Shown here: one piece after another, positions 37,086 to 46,921 of the stretch
Layout of the letters: each line of letters starts with the position of its first letter
How positions within the stretch are numbered: the first letter of the stretch is position 1
Assembly: GCA_964472085.1 (NCBI GenBank)
Contig: CAYYIW010000013.1
Span: forward strand, 1,288-65,287
Direction of reading: 5' to 3'
Length of the DNA: 64,000 nucleotides
From: an uncultured Rikenellaceae bacterium
Lineage (GTDB): Bacteria; Bacteroidota; Bacteroidia; Bacteroidales; VadinHA17
The notes under the pieces: generated by a model
Told to the model about the DNA's origin: nothing
Database searches by the model: none
What the model saw: only the letters and a program-made list of their open reading frames with translations
Program-made: the position numbers and the translations under genes

Positions 37086-37655
37086 ATGAATCTCAGGGAC
37101 ATTGTCACAAAGACACGATCATACCGTCGTTTTGATGAATCATATAAAATTGACTACAGGACTCTCGAGTCACTTGTCGGGCTGGCAAGACTGTCATCAA
37201 CAGGTGGTAACAGGCAACCTCTCAAATTCATGATCTATAATACACCCAAAGATTGTGAAAAGATATTTCCCTATCTGGCATGGGCTGCCTACCTGACTGG
37301 CTGGCACGGACCGGAAAGGGGAGAGAGACCTACGGGTTATATTATTATTCTCGGGGATACTTCAATAACAGATATTTTTGGTGTGGACCATGGCATAGCT
37401 GCTCAGACAATGATGCTGGGTGCAACAGAAGCAGGACTGGGTGGCTGTATAATAGCCTCCATCAAAAGAGAAGAACTGCGTGATGAGATCGGATTGCCTG
37501 ACAAATATGAAATTCTTCTGATTCTGGCCCTGGGAAAACCAGTGGAGAATGTGATCATTGAGGAGATTAAAGATGATGATGTCAAATACTGGAGAGATGA
37601 TGAGAATAATCATCATGTACCTAAAAGAACACTGAAGGAACTTATTATCAAATAA
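37086..37655 (+). CDS. Nitroreductase-family flavoprotein
   Basis: RSYRRF N-terminal motif, GGNRQP and the overall nitroreductase pattern. Confidence 0.85.
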   Translation: MNLRDIVTKTRSYRRFDESYKIDYRTLESLVGLARLSSTGGNRQPLKFMIYNTPKDCEKIFPYLAWAAYLTGWHGPERGERPTGYIIILGDTSITDIFGVDHGIAAQTMMLGATEAGLGGCIIASIKREELRDEIGLPDKYEILLILALGKPVENVIIEEIKDDDVKYWRDDENNHHVPKRTLKELIIK

Positions 37656-37659
37656 AAGA

Positions 37660-38406
37660 ATGAAAAGGGAAGTACGGATATTTTTTTTAATTTTCTGTTT
37701 ATCGGTAATGGCTCTGCCGGGAAAAGGGCAGATAGTGCAGGATTCTACTCACAAGATACTGTTTCATGGTGTTGTTATGGATGCGCTCACACTGACACCT
37801 GTTGAAAACTCACAGATAGCAATCAACAGGATTTTCAGTTCGGTTACAGGGAAAAGTGGCAGATTCTCATTTTACGTCAATAAGAAAGACACAGTCGTCT
37901 TCAGTAGTATGGGTTATAAGCCTGCCACAATGATTATCAGTGATACATTGTCGAATAGTGAATTTATGGCCGGGATATACCTGAACAATGACACCCTCGA
38001 AATACCGGAGGTGGTGATCCTGCCAAGGTATTCAAATATCAGGGCTGAAATTCTTAATGCAAAGAGTAAAATGCCGTCAACCATGGCAAATGCGAGATAT
38101 AATGTGGCATTATCAGCCTACCAGGCAAGGAATACCCAGGGCCAGCTCAATGATCCTGCATCTAATTATTCATACATACACCAGCAGCAGAAGATTCAGG
38201 CAATTGAAAGAGGGGGAATCCCTTCCGACCAGATTGCGGGCATCAATCCACTTATACTGTTGCCGGGATTGTATATGCTGATTCATGGGGTACCAGAGAA
38301 ACCTGAACCAATGCGTTCAGAACTCAGCAATTATGAAATAGACCAGATTAACAGGGCTTATCTGCAGTTGATTGAAAACAGGAAATATCTGTTTTTATCC
38401 CGGTGA
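37660..38406 (+). CDS. Secreted protein with carboxypeptidase-regulatory-like (CarboxypepD_reg) domain
   Basis: Signal peptide, then FHGVVMDALTLTPVENSQIAI...GRFSFYVNKKDTVVFSSMGYKP, which is typical of this beta-sandwich. Confidence 0.55.
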   Translation: MKREVRIFFLIFCLSVMALPGKGQIVQDSTHKILFHGVVMDALTLTPVENSQIAINRIFSSVTGKSGRFSFYVNKKDTVVFSSMGYKPATMIISDTLSNSEFMAGIYLNNDTLEIPEVVILPRYSNIRAEILNAKSKMPSTMANARYNVALSAYQARNTQGQLNDPASNYSYIHQQQKIQAIERGGIPSDQIAGINPLILLPGLYMLIHGVPEKPEPMRSELSNYEIDQINRAYLQLIENRKYLFLSR

Positions 38407-38471
38407 AATTATCGGGGCCAGTTAATGATAATATATATTATACTGTCTTTAAAATCCTTACAGGCTGATTT

Positions 38472-39383
38472 CTAACCTTTGAAGAAGATGGCCTTGATTA
38501 TTTGACTTGCCATCCGGGGATTCTCTTTCAGACGACGGGTCGAATATCCGAACCATTGCTTTCCAAATGGTACATATACTCTCATATCATGACCATCACT
38601 TACAATTGCATCCCTTCGCGCAGGCGCAACTCCATATAGCATCTGGAATTCATACATGTTCTTCGGAACGTTGTATTTCTCAATAAGACTGTATGCTCCT
38701 TCAATGAGTTTCCTGTCGTGTGTGGCAATACCTACATGGATCTTATTGATAAAAAGGAACTCAAGGTCTTTAAGATAATGTTCATTAATCTCATCATGAT
38801 TTTTAAACGCAATTGCAGCGGGCTCCACATAAATACCCTTACAGAGCCTGTAGCTCAGTGGTATCGATTCACTGTTCAGATCCAGCATATTCTCGATATC
38901 ACTGAATGTTCTTTTCAGGTAAGCCTGTAAAACAAGCCCGACATTGGCAGGAAATTCAGCTTTAAGTTTCCGGAACAGTTCTATCTCATCATCAGTACAT
39001 GGTGAATCTTCCATGTCTATCCTTACAAAGCCCTGGTAACCTGCCACTTTTTCTATTATTTCCCTTATATGACGGTAACAAACATCCTTGTCGATCAGGA
39101 GACCGAAACTTGTCGGTTTGAGTGAAAAGTTACCATCTATACTGTTACTGTATGCTGTATCAATAAGGGAGAGATACTCTTTTTTATTTTCCTCAGCTTC
39201 TTCAAGGGTGCTAATAAACTCTCCCAGTATATCAATGGTTACCATGATTCTTTTACTGTTCAGTTCTTTTGATACCTGCATGGCGTCTTCAACGGTTTCA
39301 CCGGATATATAAGATTTGGAGAATAACCAGATGAATTTTTTAGGCAAATAAGGCAATATCGCCGCGATAAGCTTGTTAAACAT
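38472..39383 (-). CDS. Proline dehydrogenase family protein (monofunctional)
   Basis: TIM-barrel Pro_dh pattern (VRIDMEDS, LQAYLKR, YEFQMLYGV, RVYVPFG, YSTRRLKENP). Confidence 0.8.
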   Translation of the reverse strand: MFNKLIAAILPYLPKKFIWLFSKSYISGETVEDAMQVSKELNSKRIMVTIDILGEFISTLEEAEENKKEYLSLIDTAYSNSIDGNFSLKPTSFGLLIDKDVCYRHIREIIEKVAGYQGFVRIDMEDSPCTDDEIELFRKLKAEFPANVGLVLQAYLKRTFSDIENMLDLNSESIPLSYRLCKGIYVEPAAIAFKNHDEINEHYLKDLEFLFINKIHVGIATHDRKLIEGAYSLIEKYNVPKNMYEFQMLYGVAPARRDAIVSDGHDMRVYVPFGKQWFGYSTRRLKENPRMASQIIKAIFFKG

Positions 39384-39582
39384 AATATCTAATTTCTTCT
39401 GTTACAGATGTAATAATATTACTCCTTAAAAGATATAAATAAACTACAAGTCAATGCTTTTTTTAATGACCTTTGTCAGGTCAGAATGTGCATAAATAGC
39501 ATGAAATTACTTAATTTAAAGAAATTTTTCTGGTAGTGCAACCATTCTCTTCAATGTAAAGTCTTAAAAATGTCCTCAGTTT

Positions 39583-40146
39583 ATGATGAGAGACCGGCAA
39601 ATAATAGAGGGATGCGCAAAGCATGATAGAAGAGCGCAGCAAGAACTGTTCAGGCAATATTCACGATTTCTGCTTGGCGTATGCCTCCGTTATGCCACAG
39701 ATAAAGCTGAGGCGGAGGATATTTTGCAGGAGAGTTTCCTGAAGATATATTTTAACATAAAAGATTATTCAGGAACAGGTTCTTTCCAGGGATGGCTCAG
39801 AAAGGTTGCTGTGAACACCGCAATAACTCATTATCACAAAAACCTGAAATACAGGTATCATGTTGATATTGATGAATATGTTTCGGGAGAGACGGGAGTG
39901 ACCAGTTTTGAGGAAGATTTTTTCACTTCTGAGGAGCTTTACAGGGTGCTGGGCGAACTTCCTTCAGGTTACAGAATGGTATTTAACCTGTATGCCGTTG
40001 AAGGATATAAACATAAGGAGATTGCTGAGATGCTTGGTATTGATACAAATACATCAAAATCGCAGTACAGCAGGGCAAAAGCGGCGTTGAGAGAAAAGCT
40101 GAATAAACTGCGCATTATAAAAGACAGTTACGGGGGAAATGAATAG
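39583..40146 (+). CDS. ECF-type RNA polymerase sigma-70 factor
   Basis: Region 2 (AEDILQESFLKIY...GWLRKVAVNTAI) and region 4 (GYKHKEIAEMLGIDTNTSKSQYSRAK). Confidence 0.9.
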   Translation: MMRDRQIIEGCAKHDRRAQQELFRQYSRFLLGVCLRYATDKAEAEDILQESFLKIYFNIKDYSGTGSFQGWLRKVAVNTAITHYHKNLKYRYHVDIDEYVSGETGVTSFEEDFFTSEELYRVLGELPSGYRMVFNLYAVEGYKHKEIAEMLGIDTNTSKSQYSRAKAALREKLNKLRIIKDSYGGNE

Positions 40147-40172
40147 ATAATTATGTTATAAACAGAAGTAGT

Positions 40173-41504
40173 TTGAAATCGAAAAAGCATGATATGAGTG
40201 TAAGGGAGCTGTACAGGCGCGAGCTTGGAAAAGCCACAGTGGATCCTTCTTCTTCGTTTCAGGAGAGCCTGATGCACCATCTGGCACGCCGGGAATTCAT
40301 GCATTTTATACCTTCAAAATTCAATATATATTACCTGGGAGCAATTTTACTTGCTGGTGTTACAGCCGGTTTATTGATTTTCACTACCTCCTCTTCAGAT
40401 TTATCAGGAACCCCGGGTGATAAATTCAGTAACCCTGATTCTGCAGCAACCAGGTTTATTGATATACAGAAAGTATCGCCTGTCAGGGTGGAGAAAGATA
40501 CTGTTTATAAAAGTGTTAGTGTAAAATCTGAAATAAAGGAAAAGGCAGAGGATAATAACAACCAGGTCACAGGTATCGAAAAAAGGGATACGGAAATTGT
40601 GAACGAGGTAGCAGTGGCAGGTGTTATGGACTCTATACGGAATAATGGTATGTTCGAAACATCAAAGCCCGGTGCCAGGAAATTGAAGGAAAGTTACCGG
40701 TCAGGAACCACGTTGTTTGGTATGTCTTCCACTAAAGGTTGTGCCCCGCTGAAGATACAATTTTTAAATAATGCCGGTTCATTCGATTCCTGCAGGTGGA
40801 CATTTGGTGACGGAGGCTATTCCGATGAAATAAACCCTGACTGGATTTATGATGTGGATGGTGAATACAGGGTTACACTTCAGGTTTTCAGACGTGATGG
40901 TTATCATGCATCGTCATCAGCCCTTATTACAGTCTTTCCAAAGCCCAGGGCTCGTTTCGAGATCTCGCCGCAAAAGGCAATAATCCCGAATGACAGAATT
41001 ACTTTCCTTAATTATTCTACTGATGCTGTCCGTTTCAGGTGGGATTTTGGTGATGGTGATACTTCAGAACTGTTTGAACCAGTTCATAAATATGATAAAT
41101 ACGGTAACTATAATATAAGCCTGGTAGCTTATTCTGAATCCGGCTGTTCTGATTCCCTGACTGTACGGAATGCATTCTCCGATTCCCAGTTTTTCATTGA
41201 GTTTCCCAATGCTTTCATTCCTAATACGGGGGGCTCCACAGGGGGGTTGTACTCATCAAAGAGCGATGAGGCGGCACAGGTCTTTCATCCTGTTTTTTCA
41301 GGTGTGGCAGAATATCAGTTAAAGATTTTCAGTAAGCTGGGTGTCCTTATTTTCGAAAGTAATGATCTGAACATTGGTTGGGACGGATACTACAATGGCC
41401 AGCTGTGCAACCCGGGTGTTTATATCTGGAAAGTACGGGGTACCTTTATTAACGGTGAGCCTTTTGTAAATATGGGAGATGTTACGCTTCTGAAAAACCA
41501 GTGA
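40173..41504 (+). CDS. Membrane-anchored protein with two PKD domains and a T9SS type-B (CHU_C/gliding-motility) C-terminal sorting domain
   Basis: One TM segment lies about 50 aa in (IYYLGAILLAGVTAGLLIF). PKD signatures are WTFGDGGYS...GEYRVTLQV and WDFGDGDTS...GNYNISLVA. The C-terminus is FPNAFIPN...GWDGYYNG...GVYIWKV...GDVTLL. The track start is a TTG. An ATG at 40194 is an alternative. Confidence 0.8.
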   Translation: MKSKKHDMSVRELYRRELGKATVDPSSSFQESLMHHLARREFMHFIPSKFNIYYLGAILLAGVTAGLLIFTTSSSDLSGTPGDKFSNPDSAATRFIDIQKVSPVRVEKDTVYKSVSVKSEIKEKAEDNNNQVTGIEKRDTEIVNEVAVAGVMDSIRNNGMFETSKPGARKLKESYRSGTTLFGMSSTKGCAPLKIQFLNNAGSFDSCRWTFGDGGYSDEINPDWIYDVDGEYRVTLQVFRRDGYHASSSALITVFPKPRARFEISPQKAIIPNDRITFLNYSTDAVRFRWDFGDGDTSELFEPVHKYDKYGNYNISLVAYSESGCSDSLTVRNAFSDSQFFIEFPNAFIPNTGGSTGGLYSSKSDEAAQVFHPVFSGVAEYQLKIFSKLGVLIFESNDLNIGWDGYYNGQLCNPGVYIWKVRGTFINGEPFVNMGDVTLLKNQ

Positions 41505-41615
41505 ACTGAGCAACAAAAACAGTGTTTTTATCATACTCCGGTTTTATTTACCGGGAATAGTATAACTTTTTACTGAATTCTTCGTTCAAGATTGACGGGG
41601 TCTGGATAAAATTTG

Positions 41616-41642
41616 ATGAAATTTAAGGTATTTAAATTTCAT
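41616..41642. repeat. Perfect 11-bp inverted repeat ATGAAATTTAA-ggtat-TTAAATTTCAT upstream of porP/sprF-like gene
   Basis: Read directly from the sequence. The arms are 41616-41626 and 41632-41642, about 40 nt before the TTG start at 41682. Confidence 0.6.
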
Positions 41643-41681
41643 TTAGCTATTTTAGTCAACATAAACCTAACCTGATCAATC

Positions 41682-42671
41682 TTGGCGAAGAGGAATATAT
41701 ATCTGCTGCTACTGTCACTGGCGATTTTTACAGATAGTTTTGGTCAGGATCCTACTTTTTCCCAGTTTTATGCTAATTCCCTGTATCTGGCACCTTCATT
41801 TGCAGGTGCAACAGCGGAATACAGGTTTTCACTCAATTACCGTAACCAGTGGCCTGCAGTACCAGGTGTATTTCATACTTACAGTATCTCATTCGACAAG
41901 GCTATGCCAAATTTCAATTCCGGTATCGGAGTGCTGGCAACATACGATGTGGCAGGCTCAGGTAACCTGAGCACTACTAATATCGGCCTTCTTTATTCAT
42001 ACGATATCAATCTTAATGATGAATGGCATATAAGGCCCGGGATAAATTTTAAATTTTATTATCTCGGACTCGATATATATAAGCTTGTGTTCAACAGCCA
42101 GATAACCGGAAGTGGCACATCGCCATCTGTTACACCTCCCCCTTTCGACAATGTAGCGGATGTTGATTTTGCCACTTCTGCAATGGCTTATAACGACAGG
42201 TACTGGGGAGGCTTTACCCTTGATCACCTCCTTTCTCCCAAAACATCTTTTTACGGTAACGATGCAACAGTGCCAATAAAGTTCAATATGTTCGGTGGAG
42301 CACAGATCATCAGAAAGACCCGGTTGAGGCAGAAAATGCAGGAGGTAATGTCTATTGCCTTCAATTTCCAGACACAGGGAAAGTTTTACCAGTCGGATCT
42401 CGGTTTATACTATTACAAGGCACCCCTGATATTCGGATTATGGTACAGGGGAATACCTCTTGTTACATCCCAGGCAGGTGATGCGATCATAGGTCTTATA
42501 GGGATTAAGACCGACCAGCTTCATATAGGTTACAGCTATGATTTCACCATTTCCAACCTCATCGGTTCTACCGGAGGTGCACATGAAATATCCCTGGTAT
42601 ATGAGTTCAACAATCTGTCTATAGGACAGATGAGGAAAAGGATAAGGGCTATACCGTGTCCTGAATTCTGA
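41682..42671 (+). CDS. PorP/SprF-family type IX secretion system membrane protein
   Basis: Signal peptide followed by QDPTFSQFYANSLYLAPSFAG, the family-typical N-terminus. The TTG start is forced by an in-frame TGA at 41673-41675. Confidence 0.85.
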   Translation: MAKRNIYLLLLSLAIFTDSFGQDPTFSQFYANSLYLAPSFAGATAEYRFSLNYRNQWPAVPGVFHTYSISFDKAMPNFNSGIGVLATYDVAGSGNLSTTNIGLLYSYDINLNDEWHIRPGINFKFYYLGLDIYKLVFNSQITGSGTSPSVTPPPFDNVADVDFATSAMAYNDRYWGGFTLDHLLSPKTSFYGNDATVPIKFNMFGGAQIIRKTRLRQKMQEVMSIAFNFQTQGKFYQSDLGLYYYKAPLIFGLWYRGIPLVTSQAGDAIIGLIGIKTDQLHIGYSYDFTISNLIGSTGGAHEISLVYEFNNLSIGQMRKRIRAIPCPEF

Positions 42672-42788
42672 TGGCAACCTTTCCGGCCTTAATCACAACA
42701 TTCTTAAAATTATACTGATGGGGTAGGCAAATTTATTAATTTGCTTATATTTGCGCCTGATCAATTGTTTAATAAATCAAAATTCACG

Positions 42789-43379
42789 ATGAAGAAATTA
42801 TCCATAGTCCTTTTTGTTGTATTGTTCCTGGCAATTATAGGTCTCTATTTCCTTCATTTCACCGGAGAAAAGAAAGAAGTTACCACAGAAAAGCCAACCG
42901 ATAATATCTCAAATGGTATTGCCTATGTGAACATTGACTCTGTAATTTTTAAGTTCGACATGTTTTTCGACAGGAGAGATGAGCTTCTGGCAAAACAGAA
43001 AAAGGCAGAAGCCGAACTTAATGCCAAGGGAAGCCAGTATGAGAAGGCAGGAAAAGACTACCAGGAGAAAGTGAGTAAAGGACTCGTAACAAGAGCTACA
43101 GCTGCTCAGATGGAACAGTCTCTTGTTCAGCAGCAACAGGACCTTGTCAACCTTCGTGATAAACTTCAGTCGGACCTGATGGAAGAGGAACAGGTTATGA
43201 ACCGCCAGATACTGGAATACATAACAAAATTCCTAGAAGCTCATAAAAGCGAATATAACTATCAGCTGATACTGGGTAAAAGCTTTGGAAGCGTAATTCT
43301 TTATAGCGACAGCACAATGGATATAACCCAGCGTGTGGTTGATGAGCTTAATAAAAAATACAAGGAAGAGAAAAAGTAA
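42789..43379 (+). CDS. OmpH/Skp-like periplasmic protein
   Basis: MKKLSIVLFVVLFLAIIGLYF anchor/signal, then a Gln/Lys/Glu-rich coiled-coil. The ATG at 42789 is preferred over the TTG at 42741. Confidence 0.6.
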   Translation: MKKLSIVLFVVLFLAIIGLYFLHFTGEKKEVTTEKPTDNISNGIAYVNIDSVIFKFDMFFDRRDELLAKQKKAEAELNAKGSQYEKAGKDYQEKVSKGLVTRATAAQMEQSLVQQQQDLVNLRDKLQSDLMEEEQVMNRQILEYITKFLEAHKSEYNYQLILGKSFGSVILYSDSTMDITQRVVDELNKKYKEEKK

Positions 43380-43385
43380 AATCCT

Positions 43386-44645
43386 ATGGGCTTTGCCTCA
43401 GGTTACCTTGATAAAAGGACATTGTTCCCCGGACTTATCAGTGAGGTGCCTGACAGAAGAACAGGTATCATTATTGTTGTACCTGCCTACGATGAACCTG
43501 GCATATCAGGATTATTGGATTCCCTCGCACACTGTGAAGAGCCGGGATGTGCCGTTGAGGTACTGGTTATTATAAATGCACCACAGGATGCACCCGGGTT
43601 GTCAATTGAGAATAACGGGCTTACAATAAAGAATATAGAAAGCTGGAAAAAGAAAAACAAAGATTGTTTTTTCCGGCTTTTTTATTTTAACGCTGATCCG
43701 GTTGTCAGGGGTTGGGGAGTGGGACTGGCAAGGAAAACGGGCATGGATGAGGCAGCGCGGCGTTTTAATATTACAGGTAATCCTGATGGAGTGATACTGA
43801 ATATTGATGCTGACTGCACTGTCGATCCTTCTTATCTGAAAGCTGTATATGAGGGTCTTTATTTACGGAAGGACAGGTCAGCCTGTTCCATATATTTTGA
43901 GCACCCCTTGTCGGGCATTGTTTTACAGCAATCCTTCTATTTATGCATTACTCTGTATGAGTTACATCTTCGCTATTACTACCAGGCCCTGACATTTACA
44001 GGATTTCCATTTGTTTTTCATACTGTGGGCTCTGCTATGGCTGTAAAGGCTTTGGCATATGTGCGGGCAGGAGGAATGAACAGGAGACAGGCCGGTGAGG
44101 ATTTCTATTTCATTCAGAAGCTTGTGCCTGCAGGTGGTTTCTTTTACCTCAATACCACAACCGTATTCCCTTCACCAAGAGCATCGGGCAGGGTTCCTTT
44201 CGGGACCGGGGCATCAATGGCAAGGATGAATACCGGGAAAGAGGTCCTGTACCTTTCCTATAATTTACAGGCTTTCAGAGACCTGAGGATAATGTTCGGA
44301 CTGCTGGATGATATTTACGACACTGATATCAGCAGCCTGCCCTCTGTTTATCAGAGATTGCCGGAAAGCATAAAGATGTTCACAGTCATGGACGAATGGA
44401 CAAATAAACTGGCAGAGATAAAAAACAACACTTCAGGTCTTTCTTCATTTAAAAAAAGGTACTTTGGATGGTTTAATATGTTCAGGGTGGTTAAGTATCT
44501 GAACTTTGTTCATATATCTTATTTTGATAAGATGGATGTCACAATTTCCGCCAGGGATCTGTTAAATGAAACCGGGAAAGGTGAATACTTAAATAATGCA
44601 ACGGATCTTCTTTGGTTTTACAGGAGGATGGAAAAAGAAAGCTAA
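43386..44645 (+). CDS. Glycosyltransferase family 2-like protein
   Basis: IIIVVPAYDEPG N-terminal motif and the NIDADC DxD motif. Confidence 0.65.
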   Translation: MGFASGYLDKRTLFPGLISEVPDRRTGIIIVVPAYDEPGISGLLDSLAHCEEPGCAVEVLVIINAPQDAPGLSIENNGLTIKNIESWKKKNKDCFFRLFYFNADPVVRGWGVGLARKTGMDEAARRFNITGNPDGVILNIDADCTVDPSYLKAVYEGLYLRKDRSACSIYFEHPLSGIVLQQSFYLCITLYELHLRYYYQALTFTGFPFVFHTVGSAMAVKALAYVRAGGMNRRQAGEDFYFIQKLVPAGGFFYLNTTTVFPSPRASGRVPFGTGASMARMNTGKEVLYLSYNLQAFRDLRIMFGLLDDIYDTDISSLPSVYQRLPESIKMFTVMDEWTNKLAEIKNNTSGLSSFKKRYFGWFNMFRVVKYLNFVHISYFDKMDVTISARDLLNETGKGEYLNNATDLLWFYRRMEKES

Positions 44646-44983
44646 TTATTTTTCCTGGTAATTTTCCTGTCTTCGGATGGTGTTAAAATGATATACAGAT
44701 CCTCATCAGGTTTCTTCATATGATATTGTTCCCTTGCAAATTTCTCGAGGTTATGATTATCTGTTTTGAGCTCATATAACTTTTGTCTGTCCGCTTTGAT
44801 CTTCTCCTGGTAATATTCTCTTTCAGATCGTAACTTATGCAGTTCCCTCATATCCCTGAACCTGGTTATCAGATTGTTTGAGTCAAATAATATTATCCAT
44901 ACAAGGAAGACAATCAGTGTCAGGATATACTTATTCCTGAAAAACGGCGAAACATTCTCAAGAAATTTGAACCGGTGATTCAT
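44642..44983 (-). CDS. Septum-formation initiator (FtsB/DivIC/FtsL-like) protein
   Basis: 113 aa with a single N-terminal TM (ILTLIVFLVWIILF) followed by a coiled-coil (RELHKLRSEREYYQEKIKADRQKLYELK). Confidence 0.6.
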   Translation of the reverse strand: MNHRFKFLENVSPFFRNKYILTLIVFLVWIILFDSNNLITRFRDMRELHKLRSEREYYQEKIKADRQKLYELKTDNHNLEKFAREQYHMKKPDEDLYIILTPSEDRKITRKNN

Positions 44984-45070
44984 ATTACAAACCTACAATA
45001 TTTTTTTAATTCATAATCATAATGAACGGATATCTCTATCACTTTAACGTAACAATTCGGGGCTAACTGC

Positions 45071-45078
45071 TATCTTTG
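45071..45078 (+). promoter_or_regulatory. Candidate -7 box TATCTTTG upstream of the W/Mo transporter-Moco operon
   Basis: Matches TAnnTTTG and ends 70 nt before the ATG at 45149. Confidence 0.4.
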
Positions 45079-45148
45079 TAAACGTTAAGGTTGAACCAGG
45101 TAACTCGCTTTCATAGCTATCTGGGAAATATTGATATTGTAGCGATTC

Positions 45149-46105
45149 ATGAAATTAATCATACAGGCTTCGGTTATACTGTTATTTATTGTATCAGGTT
45201 GTGGCAATACTGTTTCCAGTAATGAGATCATTATTTTTCATGCCGGGAGTCTCTCTGTTCCCCTCAGGCAACTTAAAGATGCTTATGAAAAGCAGCACCC
45301 GGGGATCAGTATCTTGCTGGAACCGTCAGGGAGCCTGGTTTGTGCCAGGAAGGTAACGGAATTAAAAAAACCATGTGATATTGTGGCATCAGCTGATTAT
45401 ACTGTGATTGAAAAGCTGCTTATACCAGGTTATACATCATGGAATATTAAGTTTGCCACCAATGAACTTGTTATAGCCTATAATGATAAGGCAAAGTATG
45501 GTGCAGAGATTAATTCCGGTAACTGGATTGATATCTTATCGCGTAATGATGTGATCTATGGCCGATCAGATCCTAATACGGACCCTTGTGGTTACAGGAC
45601 GGTGCTTTTATTCAGGCTGGCTGAGAAATATTATAGCATGCCGGGGCTTACGGAAAGGTTAATTTCGAAGGATCAGGATTATATCAGACCAAAGTCAGTC
45701 GACCTGGTTGCACTGGCTGAAGCTCATTCAATAGATTATATGTTTGAGTATAAATCAGTAGCTATACAGCACGGGATGAAGTACATAGAATTACCTGATG
45801 AGATAAATCTGTCTGATCCCTCAATGGAGCCGGAATACAAAAAAGTATCTGTGGAAGTCACAGGTAATAAACCCGGATCAAAAATCAGGATAGCCGGTGA
45901 TTATATAATGTACAGCATTACTGTCCTGGATAATGCCCCGCACAGGGAACGGGCCCTTAAATTCCTGCAATATATGCTGAGTGAAGAAGGTATGGATATA
46001 TTCAGACGGGACGGGCAGAAGCCGATAGTACCTGCTATTTCTGATCAGCCGGATAAGATACCGGCTATTCTGTCTGGCTTTATTGGGAATAATCCTGCGA
46101 ATTGA
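45149..46105 (+). CDS. Tungstate/molybdate ABC transporter substrate-binding lipoprotein (WtpA/ModA-like)
   Basis: Lipobox FIVSGC. IIFHAGSLSVP...LEPSGSLVCARKV...DIVASADY resembles the WtpA-type oxyanion-binding fold. Confidence 0.7.
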   Translation: MKLIIQASVILLFIVSGCGNTVSSNEIIIFHAGSLSVPLRQLKDAYEKQHPGISILLEPSGSLVCARKVTELKKPCDIVASADYTVIEKLLIPGYTSWNIKFATNELVIAYNDKAKYGAEINSGNWIDILSRNDVIYGRSDPNTDPCGYRTVLLFRLAEKYYSMPGLTERLISKDQDYIRPKSVDLVALAEAHSIDYMFEYKSVAIQHGMKYIELPDEINLSDPSMEPEYKKVSVEVTGNKPGSKIRIAGDYIMYSITVLDNAPHRERALKFLQYMLSEEGMDIFRRDGQKPIVPAISDQPDKIPAILSGFIGNNPAN

Positions 46106-46111
46106 TATAAA

Positions 46112-46921
46112 ATGAACAGATACGGACCTTTTAACTGGATATTGCTGATTTTATCGTCCCTGATACTTTTGTTTCTTATTGCACCCTTGCTGGGACTTTT
46201 TATACAGACAAGTGCAGGAGAATTCCTTGAGACGGCAAAAGACAAAGAGGTTCAGGACAGCATATGGCTTACTATATGGGTGGCTTTTGCAGCGACTTTC
46301 TTCTTTGCTATAGCTGCCATACCTTTTTCATGGTTGCTGGCACGTAAGAATTTTCCTTTGAAGGGTATAGTCCAGGGGCTTATCGACCTTCCGGTAGTGC
46401 TTCCCCATACAGCGGCAGGTATTGCGTTACTGGGCTTTATATCTCGTGATGGACCCCTGGGTAAGATAGCTTCGTTTGCCGGTATAAACCTGGTCAATAA
46501 TCCGGCAGGTATTGCCCTGGCAATGGCTTTTGTCAGCCTTCCCTTCCTGATCAATTCAGCCCGTGATGGTTTTGCCGCAGTGCCGGAAAGACTTGAAAAA
46601 GCTGCCCTGAACCTTGGAGCCAGTCGAACAAGGGTCTTTTTCACAGTATCACTCCCCCTGGCATGGAGGAGTATAATAACCGGCTTTATCATGATGTTTG
46701 CCAGGGGAATGAGCGAGTTTGGTGCGGTGGTGATCATAGCCTATCATCCGATGATAGCCCCGGTACTTATTTATGACAGGTTCACCTCATTCGGGCTGTC
46801 ATCTGCAAGGCCGGCTGCTGTTTTATTTATAATTGTTGCCCTGGCAGTCTTTACCGTGCTCCGGTTGTTATCCGAGAGACGAAGACCAGTTATGGTTAAA
46901 AAAGAATATGCTGACTCTTAA
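46112..46921 (+). CDS. ABC transporter permease (ModB/WtpB-like)
   Basis: Multi-TM protein with the EAA-like loop (LEKAALNLGASRTRVFFTVSLP). Confidence 0.85.
   Translation: MNRYGPFNWILLILSSLILLFLIAPLLGLFIQTSAGEFLETAKDKEVQDSIWLTIWVAFAATFFFAIAAIPFSWLLARKNFPLKGIVQGLIDLPVVLPHTAAGIALLGFISRDGPLGKIASFAGINLVNNPAGIALAMAFVSLPFLINSARDGFAAVPERLEKAALNLGASRTRVFFTVSLPLAWRSIITGFIMMFARGMSEFGAVVIIAYHPMIAPVLIYDRFTSFGLSSARPAAVLFIIVALAVFTVLRLLSERRRPVMVKKEYADS

Noticed and set aside
44984-45148. Possible Moco/Tuco riboswitch upstream of the W/Mo transporter-Moco operon
   Set aside because: I cannot find the conserved Moco-motif elements by eye, and a good -7 promoter box at 45071 leaves only about a 65-nt leader, shorter than the aptamer. 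It still deserves a cmscan check.
46252-46737. 161-aa minus-strand ORF
   Set aside because: Antisense to the ABC permease, which has a convincing polytopic/EAA-loop translation.
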